A DNA stretch of 24,000 nucleotides from Aquipuribacter sp. SD81 (GTDB lineage Bacteria; Actinomycetota; Actinomycetes; Actinomycetales; JBBAYJ01), in assembly GCF_037153975.1 (NCBI RefSeq), contig NZ_JBBAYJ010000021.1:815-24814 (forward strand), written 5' to 3'. The position numbers were made by a program, and so were the translations under genes. The notes beneath the pieces were generated by a model. It did not search any database, was not told the DNA's origin, and was given only the letters and a program-made list of their open reading frames with translations. Positions 14,953 to 21,810 of this stretch are shown piece after piece (the first letter of the stretch is position 1; each line of letters starts with the position of its first letter).

Positions 14953-15106
14953 CCTGCCCGTGACCGGCGCGGCGCGCGACGTGTCGCACACCTGCTGGTC
15001 ACGGCGGGTCGCCCGGCACCCGCCGGACCGGGCCCCGACCGTCGGCGCGCCCCGTCGGCGCGCCCGTCGGCCCGGACCGTCGGCGCCCGGTGGCACAGTG
15101 GGCGCC

Positions 15107-15919
15107 GTGTGCGGCAGGTACGCGGCGTCCCGCAGCCCGGAGGACCTCGTCGAGGAGGTGCTCGCCACCGGCGTCGAGGTCGCGCCGCCGTCGCCCGCGG
15201 ACCGCGAGGCGCTGCGGCCCTCGTTCAACGTCGCGCCGCAGCAGCAGGTCGCGGCCCTCGTGGCGCCGCGCGAGGACGACGAGGCCGCGGGTGGGGCGCC
15301 GGCGCGGCTGCGGGCCATGCGCTGGGGTCTCGTGCCGTCGTGGGCCAAGGACCCCTCCGTCGGCAACCGCATGATCAACGCCCGGGTCGAGACGGTCGGG
15401 GAGAAGCCCGCCTACCGATCGCTCGTCGGGTCCCGCCGCTGCGTGCTGCCCGCGGACGGCTGGTACGAGTGGCAGGCCGTCCCGGCCGCGCGCAGCGGCA
15501 CCGGCAAGGCGCGCAAGCAGCCGTTCTTCATGTCGCCGCCGGAGGGAGGCGTCGTCGGCCTGGCCGGGCTGTACTCGTGGTGGCGCGACGCCGACGTCGA
15601 CGACCCGGAGGACCCGCGGGCGTGGCTCGGCACCGTCACCGTGCTCACGACCGACGCCGAGGACGCCCTGCGCGGTGTGCACGACCGCATGCCGGTCGTG
15701 CTGCCGACGCAGGCGTGGGGACGCTGGCTGGACCGGGGCGTGCCCGCGGCCGACGCGCTCGGCCTGCTCGAGGACCTGCCGGTCGGGCGGTTCGTGCCGC
15801 GCCCGGTCCAGCCGGCCGTCGGCAACGTGCGCAACGACTCCCCGGCGCTGCTCGAGCGTCCCGCCGACGCCGACCTCGTGGGCGTCGTCGACCCCGTGAC
15901 GGGTGAGCTGTTCGGCTGA
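15107..15919 (+). CDS. SOS-response-associated peptidase (SRAP, YedK/HMCES family; abasic-site DNA-protein crosslinking)
   Basis: GTG 15107 is followed by Cys (fM-CGRY), the hallmark N-terminal nucleophile. The blocks [38 protein letters not shown] and VHDRMPVVL are family-typical. Confidence 0.9.
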   Translation: MCGRYAASRSPEDLVEEVLATGVEVAPPSPADREALRPSFNVAPQQQVAALVAPREDDEAAGGAPARLRAMRWGLVPSWAKDPSVGNRMINARVETVGEKPAYRSLVGSRRCVLPADGWYEWQAVPAARSGTGKARKQPFFMSPPEGGVVGLAGLYSWWRDADVDDPEDPRAWLGTVTVLTTDAEDALRGVHDRMPVVLPTQAWGRWLDRGVPAADALGLLEDLPVGRFVPRPVQPAVGNVRNDSPALLERPADADLVGVVDPVTGELFG

Positions 15920-15940
15920 TCCCGCCCCGGCGCCGCCGCG

Positions 15941-15966
15941 GGAACACGCGCCGTGGTGGCGCCGTT
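15941..15966 (+). promoter_or_regulatory. Sigma-H/sigma-R-type autoregulatory promoter (GGAAC-N18-GTT)
   Basis: The elements are gGGAAC (15940-15945), an 18-nt spacer, then GTT (15964-15966). This matches the GGAAT/C-N18-GTT consensus of actinobacterial SigR/SigH. It sits 22 nt after the SRAP stop and 9 nt before the in-frame upstream ATG 15976 of sigH. Confidence 0.55.
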
Positions 15967-16077
15967 GCCGACACCATGACAGCAGCCGGAGCGACCGCGG
16001 AGGCGGTGGGACAGGCCCCCGGAGGCGGCACGACCCGAATCGCTGGGCTGCCGTTCCGGCGGATAGCCTCGGCGACC

Positions 16078-16701
16078 ATGGCCGAGGACACCAGCAGGGC
16101 TCCCGTCGAGGAGACCCCCGAGGAGCGCCGCGCCCGCTTCGAGGCCGAGGCCATGCAGTACGTCGACCAGCTGTACTCGGCCGCGCTGCGCATGACGCGC
16201 AACCCCGCCGACGCCGAGGACCTCGTGCAGGAGGCGTTCGCCAAGGCGTACGCCGCCTTCCACCAGTACCGCCCCGGCACGAACCTCAAGGCGTGGCTGT
16301 ACCGCATCCTCACCAACGCGTACATCAACTCCTACCGCAAGAAGCAGCGGCAGCCGCAGCAGCAGCAGACCGAGGAGATCGCGGACTGGCAGCTCGCGCG
16401 GGCGGAGTCGCACACCTCCAGCGGCCTGCGCTCGGCGGAGGTCGAGGCCCTGGACGCGCTGCCGGACTCCGACGTGCGCGCGGCGCTGCAGAACATCCCC
16501 GAGGACTTCCGGATGGCCGTGTACTACGCGGACGTCGAGGGCTTCGCCTACAAGGAGATCGCCGAGATCATGGGCACGCCGATCGGGACGGTCATGTCCC
16601 GGCTGCACCGTGGTCGCCGGCAGCTGCGGGAGCAGCTCACCGACTACGCCCTCGAGCGGGGCTTCATCCGTCCGGAGCGCGACGAGGAGGTCGCCCGATG
16701 A
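16078..16701 (+). CDS. sigH: ECF sigma factor SigH/SigR (thiol-oxidative and heat stress); a longer in-frame isoform could start at ATG 15976
   Basis: It is near-colinear with my recollection of M. tuberculosis SigH. Shared blocks are [102 protein letters not shown] -10-like hexamer at 16064-16069 ends 8 nt before ATG 16078. Confidence 0.93.
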   Translation: MAEDTSRAPVEETPEERRARFEAEAMQYVDQLYSAALRMTRNPADAEDLVQEAFAKAYAAFHQYRPGTNLKAWLYRILTNAYINSYRKKQRQPQQQQTEEIADWQLARAESHTSSGLRSAEVEALDALPDSDVRAALQNIPEDFRMAVYYADVEGFAYKEIAEIMGTPIGTVMSRLHRGRRQLREQLTDYALERGFIRPERDEEVAR

Positions 16702-16964
16702 GCTGCGGCAACCCGCACGAGACCGACTGCGCCGACGCGCTGGACCGGCTCTACGAGTACATCGACGGCGAGCTGACGCCCGAGGTCAAGGACAAGATCC
16801 GCGTCCACCTCGACGAGTGCGCCCCCTGCCTCGACGAGGCCGGCGTCGAGCGGGCCGTCAAGGCGCTCGTGTCGCGCTCGTGCTCGGAGACCGCCCCCGA
16901 CGGGTTGCGCCAGCGGGTGCTCGCCCGGCTCGACCAGGCGCGCCAGCAGGCCGCCGACGCCTAA
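16698..16964 (+). CDS. rshA: Redox-sensing zinc anti-sigma factor (ZAS) RshA/RsrA
   Basis: The ATG overlaps the sigH stop (ATGA at 16698-16701). Cys11 plus His37-x3-Cys41-x2-Cys44 (HLDECAPC) give the same ligand numbering as RsrA. Confidence 0.92.
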   Translation: MSCGNPHETDCADALDRLYEYIDGELTPEVKDKIRVHLDECAPCLDEAGVERAVKALVSRSCSETAPDGLRQRVLARLDQARQQAADA

Positions 16965-16974
16965 TGGGGGCTGT

Positions 16975-17003
16975 CGAGCGGGTCACCGCTGGTGGCAGGC
17001 TCG
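16975..17003 (+). terminator. Imperfect hairpin after rshA (candidate terminator)
   Basis: The outer stem is CGAGC (16975-16979)/GCTCG (16999-17003). The inner stem is GTCACC (16982-16987)/GGTGGC (16991-16996, one G-U pair), with a 3-nt loop. Confidence 0.3.
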
Positions 17004-17049
17004 GCTCTGGTAGCGGCCGGCAGGTCAGCACTCTCGCCGCCTGGACGCC

Positions 17050-17260
17050 ATAGTCCTAGCCTCAGATCGTGCGCCTGCCGGTCGTGAGGAGGCGTGACCT
17101 CTGATGGGATGACGTGCCCGTCGGCTTCTGTCGTGAGGGGGCTGCGTGAGCACTTGACCATTAGGTCGGCGGCTGCCTCCTCCACGCTGCCGAGAGGAAG
17201 GCCGGGAGGCCAGGTCGAGCGTCTTGTGGGTGGCCTGACCGAGTGCCGGGACGAGCGGGT
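17050..17260 (+). ncRNA. Candidate IS110 bridge/guide RNA region (5' non-coding left end)
   Basis: More than 200 nt of non-coding sequence lie upstream of the recombinase gene, as in IS110-group elements. An internally repeated module is present: GTCGTGAGG at 17081-17089 and 17130-17138, each followed by G-rich sequence plus CGTGA(C/G)C. Local stems exist, e.g. AGGCCA/TGGCCT. No covariance model was run. Confidence 0.3.
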
Positions 17261-17272
17261 CGGGAGGCGAAT

Positions 17273-18511
17273 GTGCTGTTCGTAGGGGATGACTGGGCCG
17301 AGGACCACCACGACGTGGAGATCCTTGACGAACAGGGCCGGCGGCTGGTGAGGGCGCGGCTGCCGGAGGGCATGGAGGGCATCAGCCGGCTGCACACCCT
17401 GCTCGCCGATCATCTGGACGAGGAGTGGGTCGACCCCGAGGCGGGCCTGGTCCGGCACCGGGTCGTCGTCGGGATCGAGACCGACCGGGGCCCGTGGGTG
17501 CAGGCGCTCCTCGCGGCCGGCTACCAGGTGTTCGCGATCAACCCGATGTCGGTGGCCCGTTACCGGGAGCGGCACTCGACGTCGGGGGCGAAGTCCGACG
17601 CCGGTGACGCGCACGTCCTGGCGGAGGTCGTCCGGCTGGACCGGGACCACCACCGTCCGGTCGCCGGTGACAGCGAGCAGGCGGAGGCGTTGAAGCTGCT
17701 CGCCCGCACCCACCAGTCCCTGATCTGGGACCGGCAACGCCACGTCCTGCGGCTGCGCTCGGCGCTGCGGGAGTTCTTCCCTGCCGCTCTCACCGCCTTC
17801 GCCGACCTCACCGCATCGGATGCGTTGGAGCTGCTCGGCAAGGCCCCGGACCCCGACCGGGCGGCTCGCCTCACGAGGACCGGTATCAGCGGGGCGCTGC
17901 GCCGCGCGCGACGTCGCGACATCGACGCAAAGACCAGCGAGCTGATCCGGCTGCTGCGGGCCCCGGCCCTGCGACAGCCACCAGCGGTGGAACGCGCCTA
18001 CGCGGCGATCGTGACCAGCCAGGTCCGCCTCATCGCCGGCCTGGTCGAGCAGATCGACGAGCTCGAGCAGGTGGTCGGTGAGGGTTTTGGCCAGCACCCG
18101 GCCGCTGAGACCTACCTCAGCCAGCCCGGCCTCGGGACGGTCCTCGCCGCCCGGGTGCTCGCCGAGTTCGGGGACGACCCCCACCGCTACAGCGACGCCC
18201 GAGCCCGGAAGAACTACGCCGGCACCAGCCCCATCACCCGCGCCTCCGGCAAACGCCACGTCGTGCTGGCCCGCTACGCCCGCAACCGGCGCCTGGCCGA
18301 CGCCGTCCACCAGTGGGCCTTCTGCGCCCTCACCGCCTCAGCAGGGGCCCGCGTCTACTACGACACCATCCGCGCCCGCGGCACCGGACACCACGCCGCT
18401 CTCCGACAGCTCGGCAACCGTCTCGTCGGCATCCTCCACGGCTGCCTCAAAACCGGGACCCTCTACGACGAGACCACTGCCTGGGCACACCACCACGCCC
18501 TCGCCGCTTGA
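17273..18511 (+). CDS. IS110-family transposase/recombinase (DEDD RuvC-like N-domain plus Tnp C-domain)
   Basis: GTG 17273 lies 5 nt after GGGAGG (17262-17267). The N-terminus is FVGDDWAEDHHDVEILDEQG. Further blocks are GIETDRG and SGAKSDAGDA. The C-terminal block is YLSQPGLGTVLAARVLAEFGDDPHRYSDARARKNYAGTSPITRASGK. No internal stops. Confidence 0.93.
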   Translation: MLFVGDDWAEDHHDVEILDEQGRRLVRARLPEGMEGISRLHTLLADHLDEEWVDPEAGLVRHRVVVGIETDRGPWVQALLAAGYQVFAINPMSVARYRERHSTSGAKSDAGDAHVLAEVVRLDRDHHRPVAGDSEQAEALKLLARTHQSLIWDRQRHVLRLRSALREFFPAALTAFADLTASDALELLGKAPDPDRAARLTRTGISGALRRARRRDIDAKTSELIRLLRAPALRQPPAVERAYAAIVTSQVRLIAGLVEQIDELEQVVGEGFGQHPAAETYLSQPGLGTVLAARVLAEFGDDPHRYSDARARKNYAGTSPITRASGKRHVVLARYARNRRLADAVHQWAFCALTASAGARVYYDTIRARGTGHHAALRQLGNRLVGILHGCLKTGTLYDETTAWAHHHALAA

Positions 18512-18566
18512 CCCCGCTACCCCATGGGATGTCTGAGGCGCCCGGGTCGTCCAGCGGTCCCGCACA

Positions 18567-18609
18567 GCACGAGGGCCCGGTCACCGCGACGGTGACCGGG
18601 CCCTCGTGC
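18567..18609 (-). terminator. Strong hairpin terminator downstream of the bL37-like gene
   Basis: GCACGAGGGCCCGGTCACCG (18567-18586), loop cga, then CGGTGACCGGGCCCTCGTGC (18590-18609) form a perfect 20-bp stem. It lies 12 nt past the stop of the minus-strand gene. Confidence 0.7.
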
Positions 18610-18621
18610 GTCTGAGCGGTC

Positions 18622-18696
18622 TCAGGCGTTCGGCTTCTTGCCGTGGTTCGCGCCGTTCTTCTTGCGGGCGCGGCGCTTGCGGGCGCGCTTGCTCAT
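18622..18696 (-). CDS. 24-aa basic peptide MSKRARKRRARKKNGANHGKKPNA, resembling actinobacterial large-subunit ribosomal protein bL37
   Basis: ATG 18696 lies 6 nt after a GGAGG (minus-sense, 18703-18707). The terminal ..ANHGK.PNA motif matches my recollection of bL37. A strong terminator follows. The gene is hidden inside the shadow ORF 18622-19308. Confidence 0.6.
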   Translation of the reverse strand: MSKRARKRRARKKNGANHGKKPNA

Positions 18697-18775
18697 GCCA
18701 GCCCTCCTCGGGGTGTCGTCCTCGGCGCGGGCCGCCCGTGCTCGGCGGTCCCGCTTCGTCCGGCACGATGGTCCC

Positions 18776-18988
18776 ATGGAAGAGGTGCGCGCCGAGATGG
18801 TGGCCAACGTGCTGAGCGTCGACGTCGCGGTCGGCGACCGGGTCGAGCCCGCCACCCAGCTGGTGCTCCTCGAGTCGATGAAGATGGAGATCCCCGTCCT
18901 GCCGGAGGTCGGCGGACGGGTGAGCCGCGTCGCCGTGGAGCCCGGGGACGTCGTCCAGGAGGGTGACCTGCTCGTCGTCCTGGAGTGA
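18776..18988 (+). CDS. Small stand-alone biotinyl/lipoyl-carrier domain protein (TB7.3-like biotinylated protein)
   Basis: 70 aa. The biotinylation motif is LLESMKMEIPV. It is colinear with my recollection of mycobacterial TB7.3 (..VRAE.VA.VL.V.V..GD......VLLESMKMEIPVL.E..G.VS.VAV..GDV.Q.GDL..V). Confidence 0.85.
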   Translation: MEEVRAEMVANVLSVDVAVGDRVEPATQLVLLESMKMEIPVLPEVGGRVSRVAVEPGDVVQEGDLLVVLE

Positions 18989-18995
18989 CGCACCG

Positions 18996-19028
18996 CGACC
19001 GCCGGGCCGCCTCGGCCCGTCGCGGTCG
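18996..19028 (+). terminator. Hairpin terminator after the biotinyl-protein gene
   Basis: CGACCGC+CGGGCC (18996-19008), loop gcctc, GGCCCG (19014-19019), a 2-nt bulge, then GCGGTCG (19022-19028). This gives 13 bp of G/C-rich stem. Confidence 0.55.
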
Positions 19029-19093
19029 TCCGGTCGGGGGTACCGGCGGGCCGGTGCGTCAAGGGCGCGGGACCGGGGGCCGATGGCACCCGT

Positions 19094-20182
19094 GTGAGCG
19101 AGACCCCACTGAGCGTCGTGCCCTTCCTGCGCGCCCTCGTCGAGCTGCGCGGCTCCGACCTGCACTGCAAGGTCGGCTCGCCGCCGCGCATCCGCATCGA
19201 CGGCAGCCTGCGCAAGGTGCAGGCGCGGGCCCTCACCCCCGGTGACACCGAGCACATGGTCGGCGAGGTGCTGCGGGAGGACCTCCTCGCGGAGTTCCGC
19301 ACCCGCAACGAGGCCGACTTCGCCTACTCGATCCCCGGCGTCGGCCGCTTCCGCGTCAACGCGTTCCGCCAGCGCGGCTCCGCGGGCCTCGTGTTCCGCC
19401 GGGTGTCGGTGGGCGCGATCCCGCTGACCGACCTCGGCCTGCCCGACGTCATCGCCCGGCTCGCGCTGGAGCCCCGTGGCCTCGTGCTCGTGACGGGTCC
19501 GACGGGCTCGGGCAAGACGACGACCCTCGCCGGGATGATCGACCACATCAACACCAACCGCGAGGTCCACGTCGTCACCATCGAGGACCCCATCGAGGTC
19601 ATCCACACCGACAACCTCTCCATGATCAACCAGCGCGAGGTGCGCCTGGACACCGCCGACTTCGCGACCGCGCTGCGGGCGGCGATGCGCCAGGACCCCG
19701 ACGTCATCCTCGTCGGCGAGATGCGCGACCACGAGACGGTCAAGGCCGCGCTCGCCGCGTCGGAGACCGGCCACTTCGTCATGTCGACGCTGCACACCAC
19801 CGACGCGCAGGAGACGGTCAACCGCGTCATCGACTTCTTCCCGCCGCACGAGCAGAAGCAGGTGCGGCTCGCGCTCGCCGGCGCGCTGCGCGGCATCATC
19901 TGCCAGCGCCTCGTGCCCCGCGCCGACGGGCAGGGTCGCTGCGTCGTCATGGAGGTGGCGGTCAACACCGGCCGCGTCGCCGACGCCATCGTCGACCCCG
20001 ACAAGACCTCGACGATCCACGACCTGCTGAAGGAGGGCGGCTACTACGGCATGCAGACCTTCGACCAGCACCTCGTGCAGCTCATCCGCGACGGCGTCAT
20101 CACGCTGGAGGACGCCCGCCACGCCTCGAGCAACCCCCACGACCTGCAGGTCGAGCTGCGCCGCCTCGGTCTCGTCGCCTGA
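19094..20182 (+). CDS. pilT: PilT-family type IV pilus retraction (twitching motility) ATPase
   Basis: GTG 19094. The blocks are GSDLH (N-terminus), Walker A GPTGSGKTTTLA, the Asp box TIEDPIE, Walker B DPDVILVGEMRD and the His box GHFVMSTLHT. At 362 aa the size is typical. Confidence 0.9.
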   Translation: MSETPLSVVPFLRALVELRGSDLHCKVGSPPRIRIDGSLRKVQARALTPGDTEHMVGEVLREDLLAEFRTRNEADFAYSIPGVGRFRVNAFRQRGSAGLVFRRVSVGAIPLTDLGLPDVIARLALEPRGLVLVTGPTGSGKTTTLAGMIDHINTNREVHVVTIEDPIEVIHTDNLSMINQREVRLDTADFATALRAAMRQDPDVILVGEMRDHETVKAALAASETGHFVMSTLHTTDAQETVNRVIDFFPPHEQKQVRLALAGALRGIICQRLVPRADGQGRCVVMEVAVNTGRVADAIVDPDKTSTIHDLLKEGGYYGMQTFDQHLVQLIRDGVITLEDARHASSNPHDLQVELRRLGLVA

Positions 20183-20193
20183 CGGGCCGTCCG

Positions 20194-20231
20194 CCCGGCC
20201 CCGGGTGTCGGCCGGTTCCGGCCCGGCCGGG
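20194..20231. terminator. GC-rich palindromic region between convergent pilT and GNAT genes (possible bidirectional terminator)
   Basis: The outer stem is CCCGGCC (20194-20200)/GGCCGGG (20225-20231). It encloses the 14-bp palindrome GGCCGGTTCCGGCC (20210-20223). Confidence 0.3.
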
Positions 20232-20243
20232 CCCGCCGCACCG

Positions 20244-20765
20244 CTAGAGCTCGTAGGCGTACGTCACGAGGTCGATGCCGGGGCCGGGGGACCAGTCGCG
20301 CTCCGGCGTCCGACGGAAGCCCATGCCCTCGTACATGCGGTGGGCGCCGGTCATGCGGGGCCCGCTCGACAGCACGAACCGGGTGAGCCCCTCGTCGCGG
20401 GCCCGGTCCAGGCAGTGCTGCGTGACGAGCCTGCCGACGCCGCGCCCACGGGCGGCCGGCGCCACCGCGAGCATCCGCATCTCGGCCTCGCCGGGACGGG
20501 CGAGCTCGGCCCACCGGTTGCCCGCGGTCGCGTACGTCGCGCTCGCGAGGAGCTCCGGCCCGGCGAGGGCCGCCAGCAGCACCGCCTCGGCGGCCCTGGG
20601 GGCCGCGTCCGCGACGACCCGCAGGTAGCCCTCCTCGTCGGCGACCAGCCGCTCGTCGCCGTACACCGCCGCGACGAGACGGCCGCAGCGCGCCACGAGA
20701 GCCGTCTCCTCGGAGCCGACCGCGCGGACCCGCACCGCGACCCGCTCCGCCGGGGCCGCGGTCAC
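20244..20765 (-). CDS. GNAT-family N-acetyltransferase
   Basis: GTG 20765 overlaps the upstream stop (GTGA). The acetyl-CoA motif A is MLAVAPAARGRGVGRLV (R/Q-x-x-G-x-G/A). The C-terminus MYEGMGFRR is typical. Confidence 0.85.
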   Translation of the reverse strand: MTAAPAERVAVRVRAVGSEETALVARCGRLVAAVYGDERLVADEEGYLRVVADAAPRAAEAVLLAALAGPELLASATYATAGNRWAELARPGEAEMRMLAVAPAARGRGVGRLVTQHCLDRARDEGLTRFVLSSGPRMTGAHRMYEGMGFRRTPERDWSPGPGIDLVTYAYEL

Positions 20766-21718
20766 GGCCTCGCCCGGCCGTCGCTGTCGCCGCCGTCGCC
20801 GCCGTCGCCGCCGTCGCTGTCGCCGTCGGTGCCGTCGGTGCCGTCGGGCTCGGGACCGTCGGTGCCGGCCCCGCCGTCCGGCTCCCGGTTCTCGGCCGAC
20901 GGCCCCGGCGTGCCGGCGCCCTGTGCCGCGAGCGCGTCGCGGCGCCGTCGGTACTGCAGCCACGAGAAGCCCCCGATGGCGAGGTCGAAGGCCCCGAGCA
21001 GCAGGGTGACGTCGACGAGGAACCCGGTCGAGCCGCTGCCGCGCAGCAGCAGGCCGACCGCGAGGATGACCGCGCCGAGGCCCGTGTAGCGCAGGGCGGT
21101 GCGCCGCAGGGTCGCCACCTGCGCCTCGGCCTGCGTCGCCGGGTCCGGGGCGGGGGCCGCGCCGGCTGCGGCGTCGGGCTCCGGAGCCCGGTCGGCGGGA
21201 CCGGTCGCACCGGGCCGCTCGTCGGGCTCCCGTGAACCGTCGGGCCCTGCGGGCTCGCGTGACCCGTCGGGCCCGTCGGGCCCGTCGGGCTCGTCGGGCT
21301 CGTCCGGCCGGTCGGCGTCCAGGCCCTCGAGGTGGAGGTCGCCGTCGAAGCTCGTGGCGGACTGGGCGTCGTAGGCCTGCAGCGCCGTCTCCTGCTCGAC
21401 GATGCCGACGACGTCGACGACGAGGTCGTGGAACGACGCGGCGTCGGCCCGGTCGCGGACGGGGAACGACACCGCCGCCTCGTGCGGGAACAGGCACACC
21501 TGCAGCCCCGAGGCGTGGACGGCCTCGGCGGTGTCGTCGGAGGTGCTGACGGCGACGTCGCCCGCCCGTTCGCGCAGACGGCGCAGCACGCGCTCCCACT
21601 GCGCGAGGCGCTCCGCGCCGAGCGGCTCCTCGACGGCGTCGCGGGCCTCGGCGGCGTCAAGCGCCTCGTCCCAGTCCTGGCCGGGCCGGCGCGGCACGAA
21701 CAGCACGTCGTAGCTCAC
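20762..21718 (-). CDS. Hypothetical protein: N-terminal soluble domain, acidic Pro/Asp/Gly repeat linker, two TM helices, acidic Asp/Gly tail
   Basis: GTG 21718; GC3-saturated frame. The elements are MSYDVLFVPRRPGQDWDEALD.., the repeat DEPDEPDGPDGPDGSREPAGPDGSREPDE, the TM helices YTGLGAVILAVGLLL and FLVDVTLLLGAFDLAIGGF, and the tail TDGTDGDSDGGDGGDGGDSDG. I recognise no domain. Confidence 0.65.
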   Translation of the reverse strand: MSYDVLFVPRRPGQDWDEALDAAEARDAVEEPLGAERLAQWERVLRRLRERAGDVAVSTSDDTAEAVHASGLQVCLFPHEAAVSFPVRDRADAASFHDLVVDVVGIVEQETALQAYDAQSATSFDGDLHLEGLDADRPDEPDEPDGPDGPDGSREPAGPDGSREPDERPGATGPADRAPEPDAAAGAAPAPDPATQAEAQVATLRRTALRYTGLGAVILAVGLLLRGSGSTGFLVDVTLLLGAFDLAIGGFSWLQYRRRRDALAAQGAGTPGPSAENREPDGGAGTDGPEPDGTDGTDGDSDGGDGGDGGDSDGRARP

Positions 21719-21753
21719 GCGGTCACCACGGTGCGGGTCCTCCTCGGACGTGC

Positions 21754-21787
21754 GACGGACGCCGCCCCGTGCGGGGCGGCGTCCGTC
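21754..21787 (-). terminator. Strong hairpin terminator downstream of sodN
   Basis: GACGGACGCCGCCCCG (21754-21769)/CGGGGCGGCGTCCGTC (21772-21787) form a 15-16-bp perfect stem, 23 nt past the sodN stop. Confidence 0.7.
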
Positions 21788-21810
21788 AGGCTACGAGGTC
21801 GCGGTGCGAC

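Larger units (their letters stand above)
17040..18540 (+). mobile_element. IS110-family insertion sequence; boundaries approximate (about +/-50 bp)
   Basis: It contains an intact DEDD-type transposase gene. The flanking non-coding DNA is visibly less GC-biased than its surroundings (e.g. ccatagtcctagcctcagatcg, cacttgaccattagg). The element lies between the rshA hairpin (ends 17003) and the bL37 hairpin (starts 18567). Short matches that might mark the ends are an inverted 8-mer GCCTCAGA (17059-17066)/TCTGAGGC (18532-18539) and a direct 8-mer ATGGGATG (17104-17111 and 18524-18531). Neither is statistically compelling. Confidence 0.75.

Noticed and set aside
14953-15106. LexA/SOS box upstream of the SRAP gene
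   Set aside because: No TCGAAC-N4-GTTCGA-like palindrome is present. Only the CCGTCGGC direct repeats, reported separately, were found.
16965-17272. tRNA or other small RNA gene as the IS target, since many integrative elements target tRNAs
   Set aside because: No T-loop (GGTTCGAATCC-like) or cloverleaf-compatible sequence is visible. IS110 elements do not need tRNA targets.
16961-18310. 449-aa minus-strand ORF covering the IS
   Set aside because: It is antisense to the IS110 transposase, which has clear DEDD/Tnp motifs and an SD. The antisense translation is featureless.
17104-18531. ATGGGATG direct 8-mers as a proven target-site duplication of the IS
   Set aside because: An 8-mer match between two ~100-bp windows is not far from chance expectation, and IS110-family elements typically make no or very short duplications. 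It is kept only as a boundary hypothesis.
20244-21718. GNAT toxin/antitoxin (TacT-like) module
   Set aside because: The upstream partner is a 318-aa two-TM protein, not a small RHH/DUF1778-type antitoxin. The GNAT looks like an ordinary housekeeping-type acetyltransferase.
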